Program-made: the position numbers and the translations under genes
Notes under the pieces: generated by a model
What the model was told of the DNA's origin: nothing
Databases searched by the model: none
Seen by the model: the letters and a program-made list of their open reading frames with translations, nothing else
In this document: positions 1 to 13,470 of the stretch, piece by piece
Layout of the letters: the number at the start of each line of letters is the position of its first letter
How positions within the stretch are numbered: the first letter of the stretch is position 1
Assembly: GCA_004022145.1 (NCBI GenBank)
Contig: RCNU01000033.1
Strand: one strand, 5' to 3'
Origin: Paecilomyces variotii
Lineage: Eukaryota
Length of the DNA stretch: 43,800 nt

Positions 1-2600
1 CTTTAATATAAAGTATAGCTCTATTTTAACTTTTAAATAATTTTAGTTTAGTTAATTAAATATTGCTCTGCCTATAGCTATAACTCTATTTATCTAGATA
101 TTAAAAGGCCTAAATCCTTTTTAATTAGATCTTATCTTATCTCGCTCTCTATAATTAAAATAGCAGATATTATTAAGATCTATTCTTTAATTCTTTAGTA
201 TTAGCTAATATAGATTATTAATAAAGGTTACTTCTCTTTACTTAAGTATAATATCTCTTAAATCTATAATTTCTTTAGACTTATTTTTAGCAATTAGTCT
301 AGTTTTTAAAGTTATAAAGCTCTAACTTATTCTTCCCTTAGGGATAGTAGTCTCTATATTTAATATTCTTAACTTATATTTTTTAAGATATTAAACCTAT
401 AGCCTATATTTGCTATAATTATATAGCGCTAACTAGATTAAATAGATCTAGATATCTTATATAATAACCTTTTAAAAAATATTCTTAGATAAGTTTTTAA
501 GCTCTATTATTCTTTTATTCTTCTTTTTATAATAAAGGGCTGCTTTTACTTTTATAGTAATATATTATAATATCTCTTTTATTAATTTCCCTTTAAAGGA
601 TATAATCTAAAAAATCCTATTTATTTCTTAATAGTTAAAGTTTTCCCTTATTATAATATCTAATTAGATATATTAGTTCTATATCTTATTTAGGGTAAAG
701 TTTTTTTTACTTAGGTTAAAATATTTTTTATCCCTATACTTAGATTTAAGATACTCTTTAGCCCTATATAGATTATCTTAGACTTTATAATATAAGCTGC
801 TTAATATATTATTAGAAGTATCTATATCAATTAACCTAAGATCTCTAAATAATTAAACTATCCTTAATATTAAAGATTTCTTAGGGAAAAGGTTTTTAGA
901 TAAAGATTTTTTAATTTTTAATTTATTTTTATCTTCTATATTTTTAGGATTTCTTAGAATAAGACTCTTTATTCTTCTTCTTAATCTGGCTATTACTAGA
1001 TATACCTAGTATTTACTTAGCCTCTATATTATTTTTAAATTATATAGTTCTAATATTCTATATATCTTTTAAATACTTAATTTTTTTTTAATAAAGGGGT
1101 CTTCTAGGTTTACTATAGAAAAGGAGGGCTTTATATTAATTCTTAAAGCTTTGCTAGGAGGTTTTATTACTTATTTATTTTTAAAGGTTTTATTTATAAA
1201 TTATTTAGTTTTTTTAAGTAAACTTCTATAAGAATAAGTTATTATTTTAAATAATCTCTTCTTTTATTGCTTTATTACCGCCAGCTTTATATTTCTTATT
1301 ATTTTTAATACTTCTTTAGCTTCTTTTATAGATATATTCTTCCTTATATTAATTATATTAGCTAATAATTATATATAAGGCTTATAGATTAAGTTAATCT
1401 TTTTAGAATTAACCTATTATAAGACTTCTCTAACCTCCTTAGCACTTATATTTAGTTTATTTAATTAAGATTATACTTTAGTTTCTCTCTTATTTAGGCA
1501 GTAATAATCCTTAAGATTAGTATTAAATCTCTATTCTTATTAAAACTATTTCTAGTAGTTTATATTAGTATTTTAGGATTTAAGGTTATTATTACTATTT
1601 ATAAGCATTTTTAACCTTTTTTTAAGGATATTATCTTTTATACTCCTTAGTCCTATTATATTTTATATTTTTTTAATATAAATTTAGTATATAGCAGTAG
1701 GTTTAATCTTTTTTTCTCTTAAAAATTTTAATATTTTTTTACCTTTTAAATTAATAATAGCCTTTTTTATTAATATAAATATGCCGATTTTATATTTATA
1801 TCTTTTTTTTAGTTATTTCCCCTTATCTTAAGTTTTAAGCTTTTTTTCCCTTTTTAGCTTCTTAAAACTCTTAATCTTTTTTTTTTTTTTTTTCTTTTTT
1901 ATACTTTTCTTTTCTTTATCTAATATTAGATTTATTAATAAGCTCTTATCTAAATCTTTTATCTAATATTCTTCTTCTTTTCTTATAATCTCCTTTAGAA
2001 GATTATTCTCCCTTACTCTTATTTTAATCTCTTATAGCTCTTTATTAATAGGCTTTTAAAGAATTAGTCCTTCTCCGCTAAAGGCTTTTCTTAAGATATC
2101 TCTTATCTTTCTAATATTAGTTAGTTAAAGACTCTTTTTAGTTAGTATTCCTTATCTCTTAATATTATAAAGTCTATTAATTTATACTCTTACTAGATAT
2201 ATAGCCGCTATTCTTTAGTCTTTAGTATTAAAAGCTAATTCTCTTATAGCTATTAAGGTTTAATATAACTTTCTAATAATTAATAAGACTTAATTTATAA
2301 TCTCCTAGCCCTATTTCTTTATAGCTTTATAATAATTTTTATTAATATATTTATAGTTCTTTTTTACTTATATTTTTAATTCTTTTAGCTTATTAATAGC
2401 TAGTATTTTTTTCTTTCTTACTTCTTCTAATAGCTTCTATTAGTTTAAGAAATTATAAAAATTATTAGCTGCTTTATTATACTTATTTTAAAGATTTAAA
2501 ATAATTATTACTATATTACTTATAAACTAAACTTTCTCTTCTTTATTATTAGCCTTATTTATTATCTCTTTTATAAGCTTATAAATTTCACTAATTATAA
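1..2600 (-). pseudogene. Possible extra ORF relic downstream of family A integrase (unknown, K/E/R-rich)
   Basis: Strong purine bias on the minus strand and a protein-like reading over ~1860-2520. No recognisable domain; boundaries approximate. Confidence 0.4.
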
Positions 2601-3259
2601 TATATATATATATTCTAAGTTAAAGAGCTTTATTTTAATAGATAATATTTTATATTTCTAGTATGTTTTCTTCTATTTTTAATATATATCTTTATAAAGT
2701 AATTTTTTAAAATAGTTTCTAAGCAAAAAGATATACTTAAAAGATAAGATAGGGTTAAGTTTAGCTTAATTTAGTCTCTAATTACTTTTATTATAGTATT
2801 ATATAATATAAAAAATAAGGTTTTTATAATAAGGTAAGAATTCTTTATTTATTACTTATATTCTTTATCTAATATTTTTTATTTTTAGCTTTATTTATAG
2901 ACTTTTTTAAGATATTTAAGCCAATATTATATATTTTTTAGTTATCTCTCTTTTTCTTCTTTTTTAATTATTTTTAGATATTTTTAAATCCTTCCCCTCC
3001 CTAAAAAAAGACGCCTTTATCTTAAATTTATCCTCCTTCTCTTCCTATTATAGCATTCTTGCTTAATATTAAACTTATTTTATTATTAGCTTTCTGCTTC
3101 CCTTTTTCTAAGCTAATATTTTTAAAAGGAGAGTATTAGGACTATAATTATATATTCTAATCTAGATAGTATTTAATCTATATTATTATTATTATTACTT
3201 AATTGCTGATTTTCTTGCTTAAATACTATATTATTATTTATAGTTAATATTTTATTTTA

Positions 3260-6200
3260 ATTCTCTTATAAATAATAGCCTTTTAAGTAATTCCTATAAA
3301 TTAAGTCCCTAAAAAGTATACTATTTAACTCTTTAAGCTTATAGAATTCTTTTTTAAGGACTTCTTTAATTTTATATAATTTAAGCTAGCAGTATATTAG
3401 TTTTGTAAAGTAAGATATCTTAAGCTTTATATTATAAAGTAGAATAAGCTATCTTTTTATTAATTATTCTTTATAGAGCTATTTTTTATTATTAAAGATT
3501 TTTTTATTAGCTTCTTTTATATATTAAATATAAAATTAGGCCTCTTTTATATCTTAATCTTAGAGCTCTATTTATTATATATAAAGGAGTAGAAGATTTT
3601 CTATAGTCTTAATCTTATCTTATACTAAAGTCTTTTAGATAGGCACTTCTAGTTTAATTAGCAGTATAGTATTATATCTTATAATTACTCTAAATAGTAT
3701 TAAGCCTATAGAGATCTTAACTATATTCTTATTTACTTAGATTATTACTAATAGATAGTTTATCTAATTTACTTCTATTCTTTTTATAAGTTTTCTAATA
3801 CTATATATAAAAAACTTATATATAATTTTAACTACTTTATTTGCTTATAGGTTATATAGCAAGACTTTAATATAATTAATCTTATACTTCTATACTAATA
3901 TATTAATTATAGCTTTATTCTTTAGTTCTCTATTATTAATAAGAGTCTCTATTACTCCTTAATAATAAATCTAGTTTTCTTATAAGAATTTAATAATAGC
4001 TCTTAAAATAGGGCTATTAAGGGCTCTATATTTAATCTAATTAAAATTATCCTAAAGTATAATAATATAAGTTTTTCCCTTATTAAGCGGTATAATCTTA
4101 TAAATATCTAAGTATAGCTTTAATCTTTTTAGTAAAATAAATATTAATTATAAAGCTTCTTTTATATATTCTTTATCTGCTTTTTAATATTTATTATATA
4201 TCTTTACCTATCTAGCAATATACTTATATAGGCCTTTCTATTAATATTAATTAGCTACCTTTTAATAAATTACTTTATGCTTATAATATTTATACTCTTT
4301 ATAAAAAACTATGAAAATTTTTTTTTATTTTTTTTATTATCAATAACTATATAGTAAAGCTGATTTTATTATACTCTCTAAAAAAATATATTATCTTATA
4401 CTATATACTTTAGGGCCTTTTTCTTAAACTTAGTATACTATTCTTTATCTATATTATTTAATTTTATTATAGTTTATAACTATTCTATAATTAATAAAGA
4501 CTTTTTTAACCAATATAATATAGGTATTAATTAAGGGATACTATTTAATTCTATCTCTTACATATTAGTATAATAGATTATATAAAACTATAGGTCTAGG
4601 AATTCCTTTATATTATTATCTTCCGCCTCTTTTAGATCTTACTTTATTACTAGCTTCTAAGATAATCTATCTATAATTAAATTTTTTTTCCCTAATATAT
4701 AAATAATATTAAAGTTAAATAGCTAAATTTAAGTAATCTATTAAATAATTATTAACCTAGAGAAGTTTATAGCTATTTTATTTAGTTATATTATTAGAGT
4801 TTTTATATCTATTTCTAGTTGAAAATATATATTATATAGATATGCTTAGAATTTGTAAAATATCTTTAATATTGCCTTATATTTTAGCTTTTCTCTATTA
4901 TATTACCTCTTTACTTATATTTATACTTTATTTTTATATTTAGCTAGGTGTCTTTTATTAGACTTCTTTTTTTTTTAAGTAAGTTAAGCCCCCTATTTAT
5001 TATTATTAGCATTAGTATTAATAATAATTATATCTCCCTTTTTATAATTAATTAGCTTAAGTACTGGTATTATTATTAGGGCTATTTTTAAAGTATCTAT
5101 TACTTCTTATTATTTTAGCCTTTAAAAAAAGCCTTATTTTTTCTTTAGTATTAAATATATTAGCTTAGCTTTAATAATATATTCTTTAATCTATATCTAG
5201 TAATAGGCTATAATCCCTAAAAATTTTCTTACCTTCTATAAGTTTTAATAAGATAGCTATTTTAAGATTTTAATTACCTTAGCTAATTTAAGATATCTTC
5301 TCTTAGTATTATATATATAGCCTATTACTTTAATTCTTAGTATTATAAATTATAATTTCTTCTTAGTAATTATTAAACCTATAAATTTAAGATTATATAG
5401 TATCTTATTAATATTCTAGATATATTTAAATATAAACCTTCTAATTTCTAATAGTATCTCTTCCTTCTTATAGTTAGTCTTAGGTCCTTATATTAGTATA
5501 TTATCTAAAAATATATTATAGATATTAGAAATATTATCTGCTAGTGCTTTTATAACTTCTTATATAAATTTCTATATTATATTTATTTATCCTTAAGATA
5601 ATCTAGCTTAATAAATTAAACTAATCCCTAGTATATAGAAAGCTGTTAAGTCCTACAATTCCTTAGCTAACTCTAACTAATTATACTTAGAGAATAAGTT
5701 TATAAGTATTAATACTAGTATTTTACTAAACTCTTCTAAGAACTTATTAGCTAAAGGGGGTAGATTAGTATTTTATATTATTACTTAATTAACTTTTATA
5801 GCTATATTAATTAGCTAATATTTATTATTTTTTTTTTATTAGGAACTATAGATTTTAGTAGAGTCTTTAACTATATTTAAGGATCCCTATATTTATCCTT
5901 TTTTTTATTATTCCTTATATTATATTATAGAGTGCTTTTAGTATTAGAAAGCTTTTTGCCTGCTATAATTTATAATTTATAGTCTAAATAATAATTAGAG
6001 ATATAATTTTTAAGTATATTTATCTAATCTCTTTAAAAATTTAGGTAAAGATTGCTTTTTAAGCAAAAAGCACCTCTATTAATAGTTCTTTCTTTTTTAG
6101 CTATAAATTATTATCTATAATAAGATTTTTTAGATAATCTAGTATTAATCTTATTTTTTTCTTAATATCTAATATCTTTAGCTAGATATATTTAACAAAT

Positions 6201-7050
6201 CCTTTATATATTTTTTTTATGCTTCTTTAGGGGTTTTTATAATAATACTCTTTAATAACTTCTTTTTATTTTAATAACTCTCCTAAAGCTATTATAAGTT
6301 TATTTAATATATTTATTAGATAAACCTTTTTATATTTCTTTTTATACTATATATTAATAGAATATTTTATTTTTATAATAAAAAGGTTATACCTTTTAGA
6401 CAGTTTATACCCCTATAATCTTCTGACTTTTTTGTTTAATTTAGTAAGTTTAAATATCTCTATCCCTTTATTTTCAATTTCCTTACTTGCTCTAAAGCTA
6501 ATATTATTTATTAAATATAGCTCCTATAGGCCTTTTTTATTCCCAGTCTAATATCTATTATTCTTTTCTAGCTCTAGTTTAATAACTCTTATACCTAGGA
6601 TAATAGATTATGCAATATCTTTTCCCTTAACTTATTTTTTAGATTATTTATTAAAAATACCTGAATAATAGCTTAATTCTTTTAGTTTATAAAATAAATT
6701 ATATTCTTTATTATCCTATCTAATAGAGCAATATACTATAGATATGCTTAATATTTAAAAGGCTGTCCTAGAATATAATTATAGTTAATCTTATTATTTA
6801 CTATAAAAAAAGAGATTTTATAATAAAAAGATCCTATTTATATAAGTATTTTTTTATAGAGACTTATAAAAGGGGTTTGCCCGCTATCTACTAATATTAT
6901 ATTATTTCTAAATTTTTAGCTTATAATAAGTTTATAATAATTTGCTATATCTTTATATATTATATTAATTTTAGCTCTACTATCTATTATAATATTTTAT
7001 GCTTTTTTATATCTATTAATTCTAATTAGTAACTTTAAAATTGCGGCTAT
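3260..7050 (-). pseudogene. pol: Family A pol relic (protease, reverse transcriptase, integrase)
   Basis: De-RIPed readings: protease IDSGAEIN (6973-6984); RT DLFSGYDQ...RLPQGWTN...FLDD (5500-5511) followed by GPKT.Y..E..PGIRRFVFEH; IN AKFLWEDWICRWG and PYNPQANGVVE (~3800-4070); GPY/F-type RWLGPYKI...GSYKLEELDG (~3290-3420). Ends approximate. Confidence 0.85.
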
Positions 7051-9332
7051 ATATAGCACCTTATCTTTATTAAGAGGCTTAAATTATAAGGATATATAAG
7101 TATATTAATTCATACTGTTTATTATATATTTTATATTTAATATAGAGGCATTAAACTATACTCCTTTAATATTATAAAATATCGCCTTTATTATTACCTA
7201 CTATAATTGCAAGGTAAATAAGGCCTTATATAAATTAAGAGATAGACTAATAAGGTCCTAAATTAATATCTGAACTTTAGTATTTAATATTTAATTTATA
7301 ACCCCTATTATATTAGTAATTCCTTTTAACTTATTTGCAATTTTAAATCTTTTTAACTTTTATTTTTTTTTATCTTAATAATCTTTTTATCCTTATTTTA
7401 TTTAGGCATATTCTTTATTTCTTCTTTAATTATCTTTATTTTTTTAGTTGTGCTTAAAGGCTAATAATTGCTAAATTAGTTTATCTTAATTAAAGGAAAT
7501 CTCTATTTTTATTTAATTGCTTTCTGCAGCTTTTCCTTATATAATTATTTAGTCTTACTTTACCTTTTCTTTACTTTTTAGGGCTTATCTAATCTTATTA
7601 TATTAATAAAGTAATAATTTTTTATAATATCCCTAGCTTTTTCTTTAGAGCTTAAGTTATCTCTAGGCTGTCTTAGTATAATTAACTAGATATTATACCT
7701 AATTAAGCTAATATTTTTTTACTCTTCCTTTAGTCTTTATTTAATAATTTTTTTTATAATATATTTCTTTATATAAGATAAATAACTTCTCTATTCTATC
7801 CTTCTAACTTAAAGTAAAGTTTATAATCTTCTTCTTAATAGATAAGCTTCTGATTTAAAAGGCTTTTTAAATCTAGGTAATAGGATTAAATATAATTAGG
7901 AGCCTAGTAAAAGTTATATAAGTTTAAAGATATTTTAAATCTTCTAGTCAGATTAAATCCTAAAGGCGCTTTAGCTTATATATTTATATTAGTATTAGGC
8001 ATATTACTATTAGGCCTCCCTATATACTATATATTATATAGTTTTAACTTCTTAAACTCTTTTATTAATTAATTAATCTATAACTGCTTTATTAACTTTA
8101 CTTTAATGCTTTATTGTTTAGTCCTATTCTTATTCTTATTTAAATAAATTCTATTAAGTTTAATAAGAAGTTATATATTATCTTCTTTAATTACCTTCTC
8201 CTTTATTAAAGCTATTATATCTTAATCTTTTTTTAGTTTATTATTATTAAGATAGTAAAGGGTTTTAATTATTTTTACCCTATCTATTACCTTCTTATAG
8301 AAATTAGTATATTTAATAATAGACAGAATATAATAGTCTATATTTAACTCCTAAATTATTTACTGCTTAAGCTCTTTTAAAAGTTTTTAAAGATATTAAA
8401 CTCTTTATAAATATTAGCTTAATTTATCTAAAGTTATTAGTGCTTCTAATATAGCTTAATATTCTTAGTTATACTTTTTTAGGTCCTTAGAGCTATTATA
8501 TTTTATATTTTTAAACCTTTCTAATTATTAGATATTATATTTCTTTTAATATTTATTATAATAAGTATATTTTTATTTAATTGCTTCTGCCAATTTTAAG
8601 TAGTTCTTCTTTTTATATTTAGGTTAAATATTTATCTATAATAATATTAATAGGCTATAATAGTCTGCAAACTATTTAGTTTTTTCTTTTTCTAGGAGTT
8701 AATTTGCCTTATATAGCCTTTTAAAAAGCCTTAGATAATAAGTAATATTATTCTCTTTAAAATATAATATCTTAAGATTTTTAAGCATTAGTATTTATAG
8801 AGCTAATATAATCTAGATTAATTATACTATTAATAATTCTGTATTTTTAGATACCTGAGCTGTCTATACCTTTAGACCTAGTAATATTAAGGAGCTAAGA
8901 GTCTTTTTATCTTAACTAATATTAAAAAGATTAGTGTTTTTTTCTATATTTTTTTAAAGGAATAATAATAAAGATAATAATAAGAAATTCTTCTACTTTT
9001 TAATAAATAGTTCTTACTTAGTAATTTCTTATTCCTTTTAATTTTCTAATTCTCTTTTATACTTATTAAGCTCTTCCTTATATTTAATAGTTTTTTTTTT
9101 CTCTTATTATTAATATATATTTTTGCTTTATATTATATTTACTGTCTCTGCTAATTTAAGAGGTATATTTATTTCTTTTTATTTATAGTAGTAATTTTCC
9201 TTAGCTATTTTACTTATCTTTTTATTACTTCTTATCTCTTTCTTTAGCTTTAGCCTTAACCTTAGCTTTTAATTCTCTTTTCTCTCTTATTTTTGCTTAA
9301 TATTTTAATACCCCCTATATTTAGCTCTAATT

Positions 9333-9658
9333 TATTATAGGAAGATATATTAAGACTTAATATAGAGTCTTTAAGTAAGTAGATATTAAGAAGGAAGAGA
9401 AAGATATTTAGTTTCAGAGCTTAGAATAGAGCTAGAGAAGAAGCTCTAGCTATAAACTAATATAGTAAACCAGTAATAATCTAATGCTAAACTAATACTG
9501 AATAATAATAGAAAGAAAAAGCTGCTTATTTTATTCTAAATAACTAAAAGGTATTATCTCCTTTCTCCTGCTTTGCTTATAAACTTTTTAAAGACTTTAA
9601 GCAAAAGCATATAACCTCTTGACTAATTATATTCTTTATACTAATTCTCCCTACTACA
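9333..9658 (-). repeat. 5' LTR of family A (326 bp)
   Basis: Plus strand reads tattatagga...ccctactaca (RIPed TG...CA). Homologous along its length to the solo LTR at 33923-34266. Confidence 0.8.
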
Positions 9659-9737
9659 ATAGATAAAGGGAATTAAGAACTATTAAAACTTTAAAATATA
9701 TTAAATAACTTTAGCCCAGAAGAAAATATAAGAAATT

Positions 9738-12700
9738 CTGCATTAAAAATAATATACTTAAATCTAACTTAAGTTAAAATTTACTTAAAAAGTCTAATTA
9801 TAATAATATAAAAGTATTTTATCCTTAAAACTTTCTATTTTTCTTTTTTTTCTTATTATTAGTAGAGTAATTATATAGGCGGTTCGGTTCGGTTTAGGGG
9901 GGGGGTTAAACCGCCTGTAGCGGTTTTCGGTTCGGGGTAAATAAACCGTACCTAAACTAAACTATATACTAGTAGTTCAGTTTAAAACTAAAAAAACCGG
10001 ATTGGCATAATTAGTTACTAACCTAAGTTAGATCCGGTTATGTAACTATGCTCTAGCTATATTAGGATAAATAAGCGAAAATTACAATACCGTAATTTAC
10101 CGGTTTCTAATATATTTTTATTATATATACTAAATACTATAGTAATTTTATACCTCTAATATAAGTATCGATAAATTACATAGTGTAATTTAAATACGAT
10201 GTTAAAATTACGGTTCAAATGGTTTAAACCAAAAACCACCGGTTCAGTTCGGTTCTGGTAGACTCGCACCGCGGTTTACTAGGAAGCGAACCAAACCGAA
10301 CCATAGGCGGTTCGGTTCGGTTCGGTTCGGTTTTTTCGGTTTACTATAACCACTCTAATTATTAGATATTTTTTAAAACCTATCTATATTAATATTAATA
10401 AGCTGAGTCTAATTAATAAATTATAAAATAATATATTTAAAATAGGTTAATAGTAGTATTTTAATCTATTATACTTAGATTACTTATTATATTAAAAAGC
10501 TAGTCTTTAGAGTTAAGATTTTTTATAAATATTATATTTTTAAATAAGCGCCTATTTAAATATAACTTAGGTTAAAATTTATATTTACTATTTACCCTTT
10601 TATTTTGCTAGGTAATCTATTATATTAATAATATAAAATAATAGATTATAAGATCTTATTAATTGCCTATTATTACTATATTAAAAATTATTTTACTTAT
10701 AAAGTTCTAACTTAAATTAGTTTAATTAAACTATAAGAACTATTATTATTATAACTTATTATCCTCCTAAAATTCTTATCTTTTAAAAATCTTAATTAAT
10801 ATTTACTTATTTTATCTTTCCTTTTTTTTATCTTTTTTTTCCCGCTAAAGCCTATTTAAATTAGTTTAAATTATTTTACTGCTCTAATTCTATTATATTA
10901 TTTATATTAAATCTATAGTCTATAATAAATTAATCTTAGATTTAATTTAAGTTAGATAAAATATACTTATCTATAAGTAAGCTCTAATAAAATCTCTTAA
11001 GATTTTTTATTTCTTATACAGTAAGTTAAGATTTATATATCTTAATTATTCTAAGTTTTCCTGCTTCTTTTTTTATTTTTTATCTTTTATTAGTTCTTTT
11101 TTAAATAAAAGTTTAATAAATAGACTTAGCTTTATTACATATATCTTTTTCTATTCTTAAATAGCTTTCTAAATAATTAGATTATAATTAATAATATATT
11201 AGGCTAGTAATTTATTAATATTGTTAATATTAAGCTCTTAATCTTATTATATAAATAAATTAGCTATCTCTTATAAAGCTCTAAGATAATTATTCTACTT
11301 CTCCTATATTAAGTTAATATCTAACTTAAGTTAAATTAATAATATATATACTTTATTTTAGATAAGATTCTTTTCCTAAAAGTTAGCTTTCCCCTAGCCT
11401 AATTTTAATATTTTAATTATGCTAGTTTTTATATATTAGTAAGTCTATAATATCTCTAATAGATTAGCCTTCTTCTTTAATTCTTTCTTATAATATCTTA
11501 AGATATAAATATTCTTAATATTATAGTTCTATTAAAATTATATTCTTATAGTTATATTTTTAAAATCTATAAAAATCTATATATAATTGCCCTATATTGT
11601 ATTAGTTTTAACTTAAATTAGTTTTTTTAAAACTTATAATCTTAATAGTATTATTAAACTTTTTTATAATACTCTTAAACTTATCTTTAATTATTTTTAA
11701 GTATTTTTATAAGACTCTTACTTAATAATAATAATTAAATTATAATAAATAAGTTTAATACTCCTTATAGCAGTCCTTATTCTCCTTAATAATATCTATA
11801 TCTTACAGTATATTTAGCAACTTATTTAGCTAAAAAGAATTAGTCTAAATTCTAACTTAAGTTAAATAAAGGCTTATATTTTATTTTAAGTCTTGCTAGC
11901 CTTAATAAGGGTCTTTATAAATCTTATTAAAAAGCATATTAATAAAGTATATAATTATATTAAGATCCTCTATAATAAGAAATAAAGTTAACTAAAGTTT
12001 ATAGGCCTACTAAAATATCTTTAAATAGTTAAATATAAGAGATAAATAATACTATTTTAATTAGTACTAAAATATTATATATTTAAATATAGCTTTTAAC
12101 AGATTAATTACTTTATTCTATAATTTAACCTATAAGTTCCTATAACTAGTTAATATTATATCTCTAATATTTAACTTAAGTTAAATCTTATTAAGAAGAG
12201 AACTTAAGGTTCTTATTCTTATATAAGTTCTTTTATATTATTATATAGTCCTTATTATTTAATATAATAAGAAATCCTAGTCTCCTTATAAGGTTCTTAA
12301 AAAAGGAAACCTTTATTATTAACTATAATAAAAATAGTTTAAAAAACTACTTTTTATTTAGAGTAAGATATAGCTTATTTCTCTTATAATTAGACCTAGA
12401 TAGGAAGAATAATATTCTTAGCATATTATTACTAGCTTAATAATAATAATTAATAATAAATTACTAATTATTTATTAAGATATAAATGCTAAACTTCTCT
12501 ATAAAGATCTTTATAGCTTATTCTTTAAATCTTTTAAACTTAGCTTTTTAAATCTAACTTAGGTTAAAATAATTAAGAACTACTAAGTAATTTTCTTAAC
12601 TTATATAGTCTAATTTTAAATTAATTATAAGCTTACTAAGAATAAAGTTATAATACACTCTCCTATATAAAGTATAAATATAGTCTAAAATCTATTATAT

Positions 12701-13470
12701 TTATAAATCCTTTTATAAGAGAGCTTAAGCATATACTATATATTTTAATAAAACATTAATAACTAGCTAAGCCTACTTTTTAAAATTATCTATATTTTTA
12801 AGTAACTTTCTCTATTATATTTAATCTTTTTATTTAAAGGCCTAAATTAAAGCTAGTATATATTCCTTATCTATATTAGATCTCTCTATCTCCTTATAAT
12901 TTAAGCATAATATAGTTAATAATTCTATATTTATCTTCTCTTTATTATAGATATTAACCGCCTATAACTAGGCCTATTAATCTATAATTAGCTAAATTTT
13001 AACTTAAATTAAAATAGAGATATATATTAAGACTTAGCTTTTAAATAGTTCTATTTTTAAGAGTTTTAGTATAAGTAATAACTGCCTAAGTCTGCTTAAG
13101 CAAAAGCTCTAATAAAATAGCTTAATAATATTACCTCACTTAAAAAATAGGTTTCTAAATAAAATCTGGCTATTTATTAAAATAAATAAATATATCTCTC
13201 TCTATTCTATTTTTAAAGCGCGCGATATTAAAAGCCTCCTTATATACCTCTATAGTATTAGCATTATCTATATTATTATTTTTAATAAAGGTCTTAATAA
13301 CCTGTTTAAAGTCGCTGTATTCTATTATTACTTTTATCTAAATGCTAATATTTTACTATTAAATAGCTACTTAAAATTCTTACTTTAAATTCTTTATATA
13401 ATCTTTATTAAGATTATAATTTTTTTTTATCTTTCTATTTGCTATCTAGATTTTATATATTAATATATAA
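9738..13470 (-). pseudogene. Multi-intron gene relic of unknown function inside the hAT arm
   Basis: Short introns with RIPed GT donors, branch-like sites and YAG acceptors: 9738-9784, 10920-10970, 11304-11351, 11592-11637, 11830-11877, 12140-12191 (weaker: 10552-10595, 12531-12583, 12982-13026). The exons between them are 333, 240 and 192 nt, all multiples of 3, and read as a helical protein. Outer limits are uncertain and there may be more than one gene. Confidence 0.65.

Larger units (their letters stand above)
1..9658 (-). mobile_element. Ty3/Gypsy LTR retrotransposon family A (non-chromodomain, possibly Ylt1-like), degenerate; 3' LTR not in window
   Basis: 5' LTR at 9333-9658. On the minus strand the order is PR-RT-(RH)-IN. 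Whether 1-~2990 belongs to the element is uncertain. Confidence 0.8.

Noticed and set aside
1876..1900. Poly-T run as a LINE/SINE poly(A) tail
   Set aside because: It sits in a GA-rich minus-strand tract where G>A changes generate A runs. No TSD or LINE motifs were seen.
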